Below, piece after piece: positions 1 to 8,474 of a stretch of DNA of 24,000 bases. The stretch spans positions 1 through 24,000 of the forward strand of contig DAOVEB010000002.1 of the NCBI GenBank assembly GCA_030669205.1. The letters are read 5' to 3'. The position numbers and the translations under genes were made by a program. Positions within the stretch are counted from its first letter, which is position 1. Every line of letters begins with the position of its first letter. Source of the stretch: Candidatus Parvarchaeota archaeon (GTDB lineage: Archaea > Nanobdellota > Nanobdellia > JAFCGN01 > DAOVEB01). The notes under the pieces were generated by a model. That model was not told the origin of the DNA. It did not search any database and was given only the letters and a program-made list of their open reading frames with translations.

Positions 1-531
1 GACGCCATCACAGTCATTGTCAACCCCGTCGCACACCTCATCCTGCGGCATGATGCCGCTGCATTCGCTCCAGATACCATTGGTGCAGATTTGCACTCCC
101 TGGCTGCATATGCCCGTGTTTGTGCTGCAGGTCTTGTTTATGTTGTCTATGACACCATCACCATCGTCGTCCAAGCCGTTGCATATCTCTGCTGTGGAGT
201 AAGGTGTGCATGACTGCCATTTGTAGGTTGTTCCGCTCCCTCCTGGGGCGACAAAGATGTAAACCCCTGAGGTGCAGCAGACTGTGTCTGTTGGGTCATA
301 GGGGCCTTCCACAACCTCATTTGAAACCCAGTTGCACGTAGTCATACCACTGGATGCCACAATCGGGTCGCAGTACCCTGAACACTTCCAGAATGCGCTG
401 GTCTGAGGTGGAGCCACAAGCCCGACAAAGAACCCTGTGACCCCGCTGAAGACGTCAAATAGTGGATTCGCGTGCGCAGCAGAAAACAGTAGTAAACATG
501 TCAAAGTGAAAGCTAAGGCCTTTGCACCCAT
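1..531 (-). CDS. Secreted cysteine-rich protein, N-terminal 177 codons (the gene runs off the left edge). Sec-type signal peptide followed by MopE-type C-x-G-x-D-[DN]-D-x-D-G motifs.
   Basis: Hand translation of the minus strand from ATG at 531 gives MGAKALAFTLTCLLLFSAAHA/NPLFDVF...CNGLDDDGDGVIDN...CDGVDNDCDGV. The frame is open to position 1. It is absent from the ORF track, presumably because no stop lies in the window. A TATA-like box sits 25 nt upstream. Confidence 0.7.
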   Translation of the reverse strand, partial: MGAKALAFTLTCLLLFSAAHANPLFDVFSGVTGFFVGLVAPPQTSAFWKCSGYCDPIVASSGMTTCNWVSNEVVEGPYDPTDTVCCTSGVYIFVAPGGSGTTYKWQSCTPYSTAEICNGLDDDGDGVIDNINKTCSTNTGICSQGVQICTNGIWSECSGIMPQDEVCDGVDNDCDGV

Positions 532-556
532 ACAGTGAAGAATACAGTCTTCCAAC

Positions 557-564
557 TATAAAAA
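557..564 (-). promoter_or_regulatory. TATA box (TTTTTATA on minus strand) 25 nt upstream of ATG 531; implies a leaderless transcript.
   Basis: Read directly: minus strand ...gcatATTTTTATAgttggaagactgtattcttcactgtATG. Confidence 0.4.
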
Positions 565-569
565 TATGC

Positions 570-1250
570 CTACTCAGACGATTCCGGTTTTCCTTCTTCA
601 GTTGCTTCGGCCGGGGCTTCCTCAGCCGGGGCTTCCTCAACCTTCTCCTCAGCAGCCTCCTCGGCCTCTTCCTTGGCCTGCTCTGCGAGCTCCTCTGCTA
701 TCTCCTCTCTCGCCTCTTCCAGCTCTTCTGCGAGCTCTGCCTTCTTCTCAGCGCTGACCTCGATTTTCCCGGACTTTATTGTCTTGTCAAACTCGCCCGC
801 GTCAACCCTCTTCAGCAGCTCCTTCGGCTCATCACCCTCCACAAGAACCCCCATGGAAACGCAGGTGCCTATCACCTCTTTAACGGCTTTTTTCAGCTCG
901 TATGAGAGCATGCCACCCATCTTCATCTTCGCAACCTTTATCGCCTGCTCTATGGCCAGGTTCCCGACCTTCTCAATGTTCGGGTTCGAACTCCCTTTCT
1001 TCACGCCGAGCTCCTTGAGTACAAGCTGGGAAACGGGTGGCGAGCCCACCTCAACCCTGAACGTCTTCTTTGCCTGGTCAAAGACGACCTTCACCGGCAC
1101 AGACATGCCCGCGAACTCCGCTGTCTTCTTGTTTATCTCTGCAATGACCTCACCCATGTTCAGGCCAGTTGGTCCGAGCGCTGGTCCGAGTGGTGGGCCT
1201 GCGTTGGCCTTGCCCGCTTCGACTAATGTATCGACTGTCTGCTCCACCAT
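570..1250 (-). CDS. rpl11: Ribosomal protein uL11 (archaeal L11) with an unusual C-terminal E/A/K-rich extension of about 60 aa.
   Basis: N-terminal [26 protein letters not shown] matches the conserved L11 N-domain signature. The gene sits immediately downstream of spt5/nusG, as in the conserved archaeal cluster. It is 226 aa, versus about 160 aa typical. Confidence 0.95.
   Translation of the reverse strand: MVEQTVDTLVEAGKANAGPPLGPALGPTGLNMGEVIAEINKKTAEFAGMSVPVKVVFDQAKKTFRVEVGSPPVSQLVLKELGVKKGSSNPNIEKVGNLAIEQAIKVAKMKMGGMLSYELKKAVKEVIGTCVSMGVLVEGDEPKELLKRVDAGEFDKTIKSGKIEVSAEKKAELAEELEEAREEIAEELAEQAKEEAEEAAEEKVEEAPAEEAPAEATEEGKPESSE
610..639 (-). repeat. Perfect 15-bp tandem duplication (gccggggcttcctca x2) inside the uL11 tail, encoding [10 protein letters not shown].
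   Basis: Read directly from the sequence; units are 610-624 and 625-639. Confidence 0.9.
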
Positions 1251-1274
1251 GGTAATTGACCCAGTTTTAGAACG

Positions 1275-1282
1275 ATTAAAAA
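1275..1282 (-). promoter_or_regulatory. TATA-like box (TTTTTAAT) 24 nt upstream of the rpl11 ATG.
   Basis: Minus strand reads cgaaaccTTTTTAATcgttctaaaactgggtcaattaccATG. Confidence 0.3.
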
Positions 1283-1289
1283 GGTTTCG

Positions 1290-1730
1290 CTACTCCTTGT
1301 CCCTGCGTATCACTCGCACAGCGTCTATCTTCAGAGTGAGTGGGATTGCAACAGCTGCTTCAAGGAGCTCAACAACGACCTCCTCCTTGATTTTGTTGAC
1401 CCGTATAACCTTGGCCTTCTCCACCTTGAAAGGCCCGGATATGAGTTCAACTATGTCATTTTTCTCTATGTTTATCTGAGTTGGCTTGGATTCAAGAAAG
1501 TGGGTGGTCTCATCTATGGAGACAGTCCCGTCAACAACACCCTTGACGTGCGGAACGCCATAAACGGCCTGCTGAACATCGCTCCGGTTCTCCGCTTCCA
1601 CAAAGACATAGCCCCGGACCTCTGCAGGCGACAGAACAGAGTAGATGCTGTCCTGCTTCTTTGCTATGGCTATGATTTTGTCAACTACCTGCTTCTCCCG
1701 TCCCGCTGTTGTCCTGAGTGCAAATATCAT
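1290..1730 (-). CDS. spt5: Transcription elongation factor Spt5 (archaeal NusG).
   Basis: NGN-like N-terminus IFALRTTAGREKQVVDKI and KOW-like GPFKVEKAKVIRV. I start the gene at the internal ATG (MIFALRTT...), which overlaps the secE stop by 1 nt (TGATG). The 9 extra codons in the ORF track overlap secE. Confidence 0.9.
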   Translation of the reverse strand: MIFALRTTAGREKQVVDKIIAIAKKQDSIYSVLSPAEVRGYVFVEAENRSDVQQAVYGVPHVKGVVDGTVSIDETTHFLESKPTQINIEKNDIVELISGPFKVEKAKVIRVNKIKEEVVVELLEAAVAIPLTLKIDAVRVIRRDKE

Positions 1731-1903
1731 CAGATTCCACCAAACACGAGTTGCCACACTATCTGGACAAAGAAGCCTATGAAGCCCACAAGCAGCATTC
1801 CCAACCCTGCTATTTTAATGATGTGCTGAAACTCGTCCTTCGAAGGTTTCTTCGCAACCTTCAGTATCCTCTTATACTCTCTCAGAGTAGCCGAAATCTT
1901 CAT
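1730..1903 (-). CDS. secE: Preprotein translocase subunit SecE / Sec61-gamma.
   Basis: Small basic N-terminus (KKPSKDEF) followed by a single C-terminal TM helix (IIKIAGLGMLLVGFIGFFVQIVW). Conserved position between ftsZ and spt5. ATG at 1903 (MKISATL) is preferred over the GTG at 1912 because GGGAG lies about 10 nt upstream. Confidence 0.8.
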   Translation of the reverse strand: MKISATLREYKRILKVAKKPSKDEFQHIIKIAGLGMLLVGFIGFFVQIVWQLVFGGI

Positions 1904-1919
1904 AGCACACACTCCCTGT

Positions 1920-3056
1920 CTACTCCCTCAAGAACTTGATGCCAAGTTCCGACTCCATTTCCTTCTGCCGCTCCACAGACATCGTCTTGTCCCTGCCGAA
2001 TATCTGTGAGGATTGCACTCCTGTAACAACCAGCATTGCCCGTATGGTGTCGTGCATGTCAGAGGAGACCTGTGCGCCCCAGATTATCTTTGCCTCTGGG
2101 TCAAGCTTCGAGCTGACTGACTCAACTACTTCGCGAGCCTCTTCGAGTGTCATGCTTGGCCCTCCCACGACGTTTATCAGAGCTCCTTGTGCTCCTGATA
2201 TGTCAACGTCAAGCAGAGGGTTGTTTATTGCCTTTTCAACTGCCTCCACTGCCCTGTTCTCTGTGTCGCTCTCACCCACACCAATCATCGCTACGCCAGC
2301 CTGCTGCATAACAGCACGGATGTCTGCGAAGTCGAGGTTTATGAGTCCTGGCTTTGTAACCAGCTCTGCAATGCCCTTGACAGCGTTGGTGAGTATCTCG
2401 TCTGCCACTTTGAATGCTGTGTGAAGCGGAAGGTCGGGTGCTATCTCCAGAAGTTTGTCGTTCGGGATGACTATGAGTGTGTCCGCAACGTCTTCGAGCG
2501 CCTCGAGGCCTTCCATCGCATTCTCCATCCTTTGTCTGCCTTCAATGGAGAATGGTAAGGTCACGACACCGACTGTAAGAGCTCCTAGTTTCTTTGCTAT
2601 CTCGGCAACCACCGGTGCAGACCCTGTTCCTGTGCCGCCTCCTAAGCCACAGGTTATAAAGACCATGTCAGCGCCTGCGAGTGCCGCCTTTATGGTCTGC
2701 TCGGTCTCCTTGGCCGCTTCGCGTCCAACGGACGGGTCGGACCCTGCACCGAGTCCTCCGGTCAGCTCCCTACCAAGCAGTATCTTCTTGTCACCGACTG
2801 TGCAGAGCAGGTCCTGTGCGTCTGTGTTGAGTGCTATCAGTTCGGCACCGCGTATGCCGACCTCACTCATCCTTGTTATGGTATTGTTGCCAGCCCCGCC
2901 CACACCAACAACCTTGATTGCGGTCTTCTTGGAAGCCAGCAGCTCCTGCAACTGAGCGTCCACATCCTTTGTCCTGGATATCTCAGGTCGTGGTGCCTTG
3001 ACGCCTTCAAACTCTGGATTTTTTGCGGATTCAATCAATGATTCCATCTTCATCAA
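1920..3056 (-). CDS. ftsZ: Cell division GTPase FtsZ.
   Basis: Contains [11 protein letters not shown] and the tubulin signature [12 protein letters not shown]. Length and synteny (ftsZ-secE-nusG) fit. The exact start among the MMKM methionines is uncertain. Confidence 0.95.
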   Translation of the reverse strand: MMKMESLIESAKNPEFEGVKAPRPEISRTKDVDAQLQELLASKKTAIKVVGVGGAGNNTITRMSEVGIRGAELIALNTDAQDLLCTVGDKKILLGRELTGGLGAGSDPSVGREAAKETEQTIKAALAGADMVFITCGLGGGTGTGSAPVVAEIAKKLGALTVGVVTLPFSIEGRQRMENAMEGLEALEDVADTLIVIPNDKLLEIAPDLPLHTAFKVADEILTNAVKGIAELVTKPGLINLDFADIRAVMQQAGVAMIGVGESDTENRAVEAVEKAINNPLLDVDISGAQGALINVVGGPSMTLEEAREVVESVSSKLDPEAKIIWGAQVSSDMHDTIRAMLVVTGVQSSQIFGRDKTMSVERQKEMESELGIKFLRE

Positions 3057-3077
3057 GCCTCTAAACCAAATACATCT

Positions 3078-3719
3078 TTATTTACTTTTTTGTTGATTTA
3101 CTTTTTGTTGAAAGTTAACCATTTTTAAACCTATATGTTCCTCTATTGCAACCTTGAGAGCCCCCTGCACATGTTCTGGCACAGGTTTCTCCGCTGTCAC
3201 GACCAGCTTTTCCTTGGAGAGGCGGGTCCTGAATTCTTTCAGGCCGTATAACTCCAAAATCGACTCGACTTTCTCCTTCCTTTTGGTCACTTTCCTGTTT
3301 ATCCTAACCCAGTAGTGGAGGGTCTTGCCAGCCAGCGGATGGTTGAAGTCAACAATCACTCTTCCGCCTGATACGCTCCGGACCCTGCCCGGGAGTCCGT
3401 CGAAGTCAACCCTCATCCCCGGATATGGGGACAGGTCATGCTTCTTGAACTCGCGAAAGGGTATCAGCTTAACCAGTTTGCCGCTCCTCGGTCCGAACGC
3501 CTTGTCAGAAGGTATCTCGACCTCAAACTCGTCCCCTACCTTGTGTTTTTTTATCTCCTCTTCGAGTCCCCTCATCACATGGCCCGCCCCGATTATGATT
3601 ACAACTGGTTTCTCAACGCCATACCTCTTTGCAGCTTCGCCTGTTGTAAAGTCGAACGGCTCAGAGGTTTCCTTAACAGAACCTATATAATCTATTTCAA
3701 CGAACTCTTTCTCCTTCAT
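3078..3719 (-). CDS. FKBP-type peptidyl-prolyl cis-trans isomerase, long archaeal type (FKBP domain with IF insert plus a C-terminal domain).
   Basis: Contains IIGAGHVMRGLEEEI, FGPR, and VDFNHPLAGKTLHYWV, which is typical of the SlyD / archaeal FKBP family. Confidence 0.85.
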   Translation of the reverse strand: MKEKEFVEIDYIGSVKETSEPFDFTTGEAAKRYGVEKPVVIIIGAGHVMRGLEEEIKKHKVGDEFEVEIPSDKAFGPRSGKLVKLIPFREFKKHDLSPYPGMRVDFDGLPGRVRSVSGGRVIVDFNHPLAGKTLHYWVRINRKVTKRKEKVESILELYGLKEFRTRLSKEKLVVTAEKPVPEHVQGALKVAIEEHIGLKMVNFQQKVNQQKSK

Positions 3720-3728
3720 AAAAACACC

Positions 3729-3740
3729 AAAAAAATAAAA
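3729..3740 (-). terminator. Oligo-T tract (TTTTATTTTTTT) downstream of albA.
   Basis: Read directly. Archaeal termination at oligo-T runs is established; function here is inferred. Confidence 0.35.
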
Positions 3741-3755
3741 GTCAGGAAAGGGTCG

Positions 3756-4046
3756 CTACTTCTTCTTCGGACTTTCCTTTTCCAACGTAATAGTCATTGT
3801 TGAGACGTTCAGCTTGTCTCCTCTTTCCCCTTGGAGTTCCTCTGTTCCAGTTGTTATGTTGTCAATTTTCAAGTCACTCATGAACTTGTTCCTGACTATC
3901 TCAGCCACGTCAACGGCTCTCGAAATAGCCCTTCCCCTCGCCTTTATATATACCTTCTTGGCTCCGTTGTGGAACTGCGTTATCACAGCGAGTACATAGT
4001 TCATTGGTGGTTTGCTGCCAACAAATACGGTGTTATCATCTGCCAT
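3756..4046 (-). CDS. albA: Alba DNA/RNA-binding chromatin protein.
   Basis: [21 protein letters not shown]...[24 protein letters not shown] is a near-canonical Alba signature. A GAGGTGA Shine-Dalgarno site lies 6 nt upstream. Confidence 0.92.
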   Translation of the reverse strand: MADDNTVFVGSKPPMNYVLAVITQFHNGAKKVYIKARGRAISRAVDVAEIVRNKFMSDLKIDNITTGTEELQGERGDKLNVSTMTITLEKESPKKK

Positions 4047-4052
4047 AGTGTT

Positions 4053-4059
4053 TCACCTC
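4053..4059 (-). promoter_or_regulatory. Shine-Dalgarno site GAGGTGA, 6 nt upstream of the albA ATG.
   Basis: Read directly; complementary to the conserved archaeal 16S 3' end motif. Confidence 0.5.
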
Positions 4060-4100
4060 GTTTTTGATTTTATGAACGCAAAAGACCTCGGTTTAAAAAA

Positions 4101-4286
4101 CTATCCATTTTCAACTGTTATGGCCTCCTCTGGGCACTGGACCTCGCAGGCCTTGCATCCGATGCACTCTCCCGGCTTCTTCACAACAACTTCCTTGTTG
4201 TCCTTGCCGAAGACATCCATCGGGCAGATGTTTATGCAGGTGCCGCAGTTCGTGCACTTCTTCTTGTCTATAACTGGTCTTGGCAT
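4101..4286 (-). CDS. Small 2x[4Fe-4S] ferredoxin (61 aa).
   Basis: Two CxxCxxCxxxCP motifs (CTNCGTCINICP and CIGCKACEVQCP). The start is taken at the internal ATG (MPRPVIDKKK). The longer track ORF overlaps the upstream gene, and a TATA box sits 24 nt before this ATG. Confidence 0.85.
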   Translation of the reverse strand: MPRPVIDKKKCTNCGTCINICPMDVFGKDNKEVVVKKPGECIGCKACEVQCPEEAITVENG

Positions 4287-4310
4287 AACAGGAATGGCGA
4301 GGTCTAAATG

Positions 4311-4318
4311 ATTTATAA
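4311..4318 (-). promoter_or_regulatory. TATA box (TTATAAAT) 24 nt upstream of the ferredoxin ATG, directly after the stop of the 1082-aa gene.
   Basis: Minus strand reads TAGccTTATAAATcatttagacctcgccattcctgttATG. Confidence 0.45.
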
Positions 4319-4320
4319 GG

Positions 4321-7300
4321 CTATTGTATGAAGTGTGGGCTTGTACATCTCTCGTCACAACACCCCGGGCATGGCCACTCTGTGCAGCACAGGCTCTCAC
4401 AGTAGCCGGTCAGTGTGTTGAGGTAGTAGTCTGCTGCGGGCTCACATATGCAAGTAGTCGGACAGTCTGCATATTCCAGGTACATGTGGGTCTGAAGCAC
4501 GTTGTCGAACACGCTGTCCCCTTCATCCGGGTCGTCTATATAGGAGATGCAGCCGATGTGCTGGGGTCTCCTGCAGAACCCGTGGTTTTCGAGGCCCGAC
4601 CCGATATAACACTCAAAGTCTGTTGAAGCTCCTGTCACGGCGTCTGTGCATGTGTAGGTTGGTGCTCCTGCATCAGCTTCGTCGCTGTATATTTTCACAC
4701 CGGTTGCAAAGCCCTTCATCCAGACGTCGACAACCTTGAACTTGAGCTTGTGGAACCCTTTTGGAAGGTAGCCAAGGTCCATCTTCACAGTGCGTCCGGT
4801 TGCCTCATCACTGACCTTTGCACAGTTCTCAGCAAAGTGCTCGCAGTAACAACCACTCTCGCTGCAGTAGTCCACCTTATCCTGCGTTACCAGAACGTCA
4901 TCAAGATAGAGGTCTGAGAGAAAGTCGTTGGCCTGGAGCTCGAGTGTGAAGTCATCGCCAGTTGGAACATAAATCAGATAGAGATGGTCCCATGGCTGTA
5001 TCTGTTGGTCTGTGCCCAGGTTTTCAACCCAGTCGGTCTCGTCTCCGATGGCCGCGGCTGTATCAGAAATCGGGTCAGCGTCGAGCTCGCTCGGGCTCTC
5101 CTTCAGGACCTCCAGTACATGTAGTTCCGAGCCGAGCATGCACTTTGTTGTTATCGTAAGACTCTCACCTGACAGTTCGTCAGCTATGCCCTGTAGGTGG
5201 AACTCGCCCGCGTGCGAACCGAGACCTTCGGAAACTGAAAAGGTGAGTTCAACATCGTTGTACCAGAACACTGGCGAGAGCACTGCAAAGGTTGTGCCGT
5301 CCATAGCAGGGTCTCCAAAACCTGCCTGTGCTATCTGTGCTTTGTCCCAGTAGTGGACTGCAGACTGGTCGCATCCCATAAAGTCAAAGTGTCTGAACTC
5401 CCCATAGCCGAAATCGCACCTGCTGTTAGTTCCCCTGTCCCAGAATATCTCGTAGTAGTACGGGACGCCTTCCTCAAAAGGCGCGCTCCAGAGGAACTCG
5501 GCGTCCATCTTTGGCCCTGTCTCGCAACCCACTCTCCAGTCGCCAGAGGCTGATTTGTTCCACACCTCGTCCACCATCCATGGTTCATCACAGGAGGGGA
5601 GGGCCTGGGGCGTAAAGGTGGCATAACCTTTCACAGCAACCTTCTCGAATGGATAGAGCTCCAGATAGCTCATGGACTGGTTGGGTATGGAGATGAAAAG
5701 GTCGTCGCACTGGTCAGACCATCCATCGCTGTCCTTGTCATCTGTGTACACGAGCAAGTTGGTCGAGTCGCATCCCCCTGCGAAGGGGTTGCATCCAGCA
5801 GCTGGTACGGCGCACGCGTTGCTCGGGCACGTGCAGCTACTCGCGAGGTCGCAGTCGTTCGGAATGTTATCAAACTCAAAGTAGACGCAGTATTCGTCTC
5901 CAAGCTGGCATCCCTCGCGCCAGGTCGTCCCACCTGTGCCCCAGCAGCCATCATGGTCGTCGCATGTTGTCGGGTCGCATCCGGTATCCGCGTCGCACCC
6001 TGCTCCGCATTCGCCATCAACACATCTTGTCTTATTGAACCGCTCATAGGTGTCTCCTGTGTCGTAACATCCACAGTCCACTCCCACGTTGCACTGGAAG
6101 TCCTTATAGACCCTGTAAACATCTGTCAAACCGTTGTTTCCAGAGTCGTTGCAGTAGTGATTGTCAGGCGACGGTGAATCATCACACTCACCGTCTTCAC
6201 CAGCATTCTGGTCCTCTATGCTTGGGACTGTGCAGCCGCTACCACACTTATCTACAACACAAGCATAGTCTGTACAGGCACCACGCTCCATACACACCCC
6301 TGTACCATACGCAGCGTAGTACTGATTTGGAGTGTATATATTTGTGCCTGTGTTGATTGTCCAAGTAGTCCAGGGCCCGCCTGTGGTGCAGTTGGTGCAC
6401 CAGTCGCAGCCGTCAAAGCCAGCATCCGTCTTCTTGGTTGATAAAATCGAACAGTTGGCTGACGTATCAGCCGCGCTGCAAGGGCAGTCAGGGTCGTTCA
6501 AATCGGTGTCGCCGTCGCAGTCGTTGTCGATTCCGTCATCGCAGGTTGCCTCCACTGCCTCATAGTCAGGGTCACCAGAATATGTGAGTTTAATCTCGCT
6601 ATCACAGATGTCACAGGAACCATAGTAACCGTCACCATCATCATCTGACTCCAACCACTCCCTATCGCAGGCAGGTGGCGTGCAAGCAGGGTTGCATTCG
6701 CTCGCGGTGCAACCATTGTCACAGGTCGTGTCTGTGCCCGTGTCGCAGCGCAGCCTCTCTCCACCATTGTATGCCTCGCACTGGCAGTTCTCCCCTGCTG
6801 TGCATGTGCGTGCGGTTGTTCCGCAGTTTGTCCAGCCCTGGTCATAGTCGCCGCAGCAACTGGCTTCGCAGTAGTGGTCTCCAGCAGCCTCTATACATCC
6901 TTTACTGCAACTGTCAGCTGTATAGTCCTTGAAGCGGTTATTTGCATTGTCGCAGACATCGGTGCAGGTTTGGGTGCCGCATGAGGTAAGTGTCCCAGTT
7001 GGACATGGGTTGCTTTCGCATGTGCAAGAATCGGTACAATCGTTGACCACATTGTTCCTGTAGTATATATTGTAACTGCCGCTGCAATAGTCATGGCAAA
7101 CGGTGTCTGAACAGTGGCTGTTGAGCGAGCACTCTGCCCCGCAAGAACCTACCACACAATGACAGTTTGATGTCCAACCAGTATCCGTACAGGAAGGAGT
7201 ACAACGTTTGTGTCCACTGCAGGCTACGGCAGGTTTATCTGTGTCACAGGTCGAGAAATGACATAGTTCTCCAGACGGGCAGGAAGGAATTCCTGTGCAA

Positions 7301-7569
7301 CAGTACTGTCCGTTGTTGCAGATAGCAGGGCCGACCAGAGGACAGCCCCAATTTACGCAGAGGGATGTGCCAGAACAACTTAACTCACAAGTGTCACAGG
7401 AGGATGCAGCGGATGGACAATAATTACAGCTGCCACTTCCTCCACCTCCACCACCTCCGCCGCCCGTATTTGGGCCGGTCTCAGCCCCCATCCCTGTCTC
7501 GAACAAGAGAGGAAACAGTAATATGAAAGTAAGTAGGGCTGTTGCAACCAACACTATGTATCTTCTCAT
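4321..7569 (-). CDS. Secreted giant cysteine-rich protein (1082 aa): signal peptide, Gly9 linker, about 600 aa of dense Cys arrays including one MopE-type motif, then a Cys-poor beta-rich region and a Cys-rich C-terminus.
   Basis: N-terminus is [30 protein letters not shown] followed by [12 protein letters not shown] (7438-7464). By hand count there are 23 Cys in the first roughly 118 residues after the linker. Contains [22 protein letters not shown] (6478-6543). ATGA overlap with the upstream gene at 7566-7569. Confidence 0.85.
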   Translation of the reverse strand: MRRYIVLVATALLTFILLFPLLFETGMGAETGPNTGGGGGGGGGSGSCNYCPSAASSCDTCELSCSGTSLCVNWGCPLVGPAICNNGQYCCTGIPSCPSGELCHFSTCDTDKPAVACSGHKRCTPSCTDTGWTSNCHCVVGSCGAECSLNSHCSDTVCHDYCSGSYNIYYRNNVVNDCTDSCTCESNPCPTGTLTSCGTQTCTDVCDNANNRFKDYTADSCSKGCIEAAGDHYCEASCCGDYDQGWTNCGTTARTCTAGENCQCEAYNGGERLRCDTGTDTTCDNGCTASECNPACTPPACDREWLESDDDGDGYYGSCDICDSEIKLTYSGDPDYEAVEATCDDGIDNDCDGDTDLNDPDCPCSAADTSANCSILSTKKTDAGFDGCDWCTNCTTGGPWTTWTINTGTNIYTPNQYYAAYGTGVCMERGACTDYACVVDKCGSGCTVPSIEDQNAGEDGECDDSPSPDNHYCNDSGNNGLTDVYRVYKDFQCNVGVDCGCYDTGDTYERFNKTRCVDGECGAGCDADTGCDPTTCDDHDGCWGTGGTTWREGCQLGDEYCVYFEFDNIPNDCDLASSCTCPSNACAVPAAGCNPFAGGCDSTNLLVYTDDKDSDGWSDQCDDLFISIPNQSMSYLELYPFEKVAVKGYATFTPQALPSCDEPWMVDEVWNKSASGDWRVGCETGPKMDAEFLWSAPFEEGVPYYYEIFWDRGTNSRCDFGYGEFRHFDFMGCDQSAVHYWDKAQIAQAGFGDPAMDGTTFAVLSPVFWYNDVELTFSVSEGLGSHAGEFHLQGIADELSGESLTITTKCMLGSELHVLEVLKESPSELDADPISDTAAAIGDETDWVENLGTDQQIQPWDHLYLIYVPTGDDFTLELQANDFLSDLYLDDVLVTQDKVDYCSESGCYCEHFAENCAKVSDEATGRTVKMDLGYLPKGFHKLKFKVVDVWMKGFATGVKIYSDEADAGAPTYTCTDAVTGASTDFECYIGSGLENHGFCRRPQHIGCISYIDDPDEGDSVFDNVLQTHMYLEYADCPTTCICEPAADYYLNTLTGYCESLCCTEWPCPGCCDERCTSPHFIQ

Positions 7570-8459
7570 CCGTACATCAACTCACATTGAGATACAAATT
7601 CCCCATTACGAAAGATTGTCTGGTTGAAGATAAAAAACGTGTCTGTGATGCACTGATATATCTCCAAGGTCATGTCACCGAGTCCTCCACTCCGGTTTAC
7701 GGTTTCCACAGTATAATAGCATCTGACACCATCAAACTCCGCCTCGCCGAGCACTTCCCTTGAAAAACTTTGGTCCCAGTCAACTGAGTAAGTTCCGTTG
7801 CTCACGTGCAACACACCCTCGTAGTCCCATTTCTTGCCAACGTTAAATGGCGTATCATAAGAGAGTAACGGTGGGTCATACATATAGTTGTATTGGTAGT
7901 CTTCAAAGGAATAGACATAAAGGTCACCGTCAACAACGGAGATGTTGAAGTTCTCATAGTTTGTATGTCCTGTTCCTGAGTTTTGGAAGACATAGTGGCC
8001 ATCAACGCGCTCCATATTCACGCTTTCGGTCTTGTTCAAACCCTTGCTGTCCATACACATGTACCACCATGTATGGGTGACGTCCTTCCACATATCGGCC
8101 TGTATGACCTCGTACAGGGGTATACTCCAAGTGTCGTTTGGCACCGAGCCAAACTCGACTTCCAGACCGTCTTTGAATCCATCCCCATCTGTGTCATTTG
8201 AAAGAGGGTCCGTGCCGTAGGTTATCTCTATCCCATCAACTATTCCATCGTTGTCCGTGTCCTGTGCAAGTGGGTCTGTTCCCAGAGAGAGTTCATCCAA
8301 ATCTGTGAGCCCGTCTCCGTCTGTGTCGGATAACAACATGGTTGTTCCGAGGATTATCTCCTGGTAGTTCGGGATTCCGTCACCATCCAAATCCAGCGCA
8401 GAGAAAACGGCTACCGCTACAAAAATTACCAGTACAGCGAAAAGTGCGACCTTTTTCAT
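7566..8459 (-). CDS. Secreted protein with thrombospondin type-3-like Ca-binding repeats (DxDxDGxxDxxE) and a C-terminal Cys-poor beta domain.
   Basis: Signal [28 protein letters not shown], then repeated GTDPLxxDTDxDG units (8160-8393). ATG 8459 is preferred because GGTGGA lies 7 nt upstream. The alternative ATG at 8474 directly abuts the upstream stop. Confidence 0.85.
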   Translation of the reverse strand: MKKVALFAVLVIFVAVAVFSALDLDGDGIPNYQEIILGTTMLLSDTDGDGLTDLDELSLGTDPLAQDTDNDGIVDGIEITYGTDPLSNDTDGDGFKDGLEVEFGSVPNDTWSIPLYEVIQADMWKDVTHTWWYMCMDSKGLNKTESVNMERVDGHYVFQNSGTGHTNYENFNISVVDGDLYVYSFEDYQYNYMYDPPLLSYDTPFNVGKKWDYEGVLHVSNGTYSVDWDQSFSREVLGEAEFDGVRCYYTVETVNRSGGLGDMTLEIYQCITDTFFIFNQTIFRNGEFVSQCELMYG

Positions 8460-8474
8460 GTCATAGTCCACCAT

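Noticed and set aside
673-1479. 268-aa plus-strand ORF, and similar plus-strand ORFs at 1936-2424, 2455-2955, 3325-3690, 12604-13086, 14800-15468 and 22729-23259.
   Set aside because: All lie antisense to strongly supported minus-strand genes (uL11, Spt5, FtsZ, FKBP, the giant proteins). Their translations are low-complexity S/T/P/L/F-rich with no motifs. These are typical shadow ORFs.
1731-1757. Nine extra N-terminal codons on Spt5/NusG (MATRVWWNL).
   Set aside because: They overlap the secE coding region. The internal ATG gives the canonical NGN-domain start and a 1-nt stop/start overlap.
3057-3077. Possible promoter between the FKBP gene and ftsZ.
   Set aside because: The spacer is only 21 nt with an AGAGG Shine-Dalgarno-like element and no TATA box. 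ftsZ is more likely co-transcribed with the upstream gene.
4287-4400. N-terminal 38-codon extension of the ferredoxin ORF ([13 protein letters not shown]...).
   Set aside because: It overlaps the 3' end of the 1082-aa gene and is Arg/Ala-rich with no ferredoxin-like sequence. A TATA box at 4311-4318 is positioned for the internal ATG at 4286.
5331-6845. Minus-strand alternative-frame ORFs inside the 1082-aa gene (5331-5624, 5670-6122, 6498-6845), and likewise 10786-11130, 11572-11826, 12251-12553 and 13475-13720 inside the 2115-aa gene.
   Set aside because: They are out-of-frame overlaps with a long uninterrupted frame. Their translations are R/T/A/P-rich with no structure. There is no independent start or RBS context.
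7438-7464. Gly9 tract considered as a possible slippage or phase-variation site.
   Set aside because: It is encoded by mixed codons (GGC GGC GGA GGT GGT GGA GGT GGA GGA), not a homopolymer or perfect short repeat. It is more simply a flexible linker after the signal peptide.
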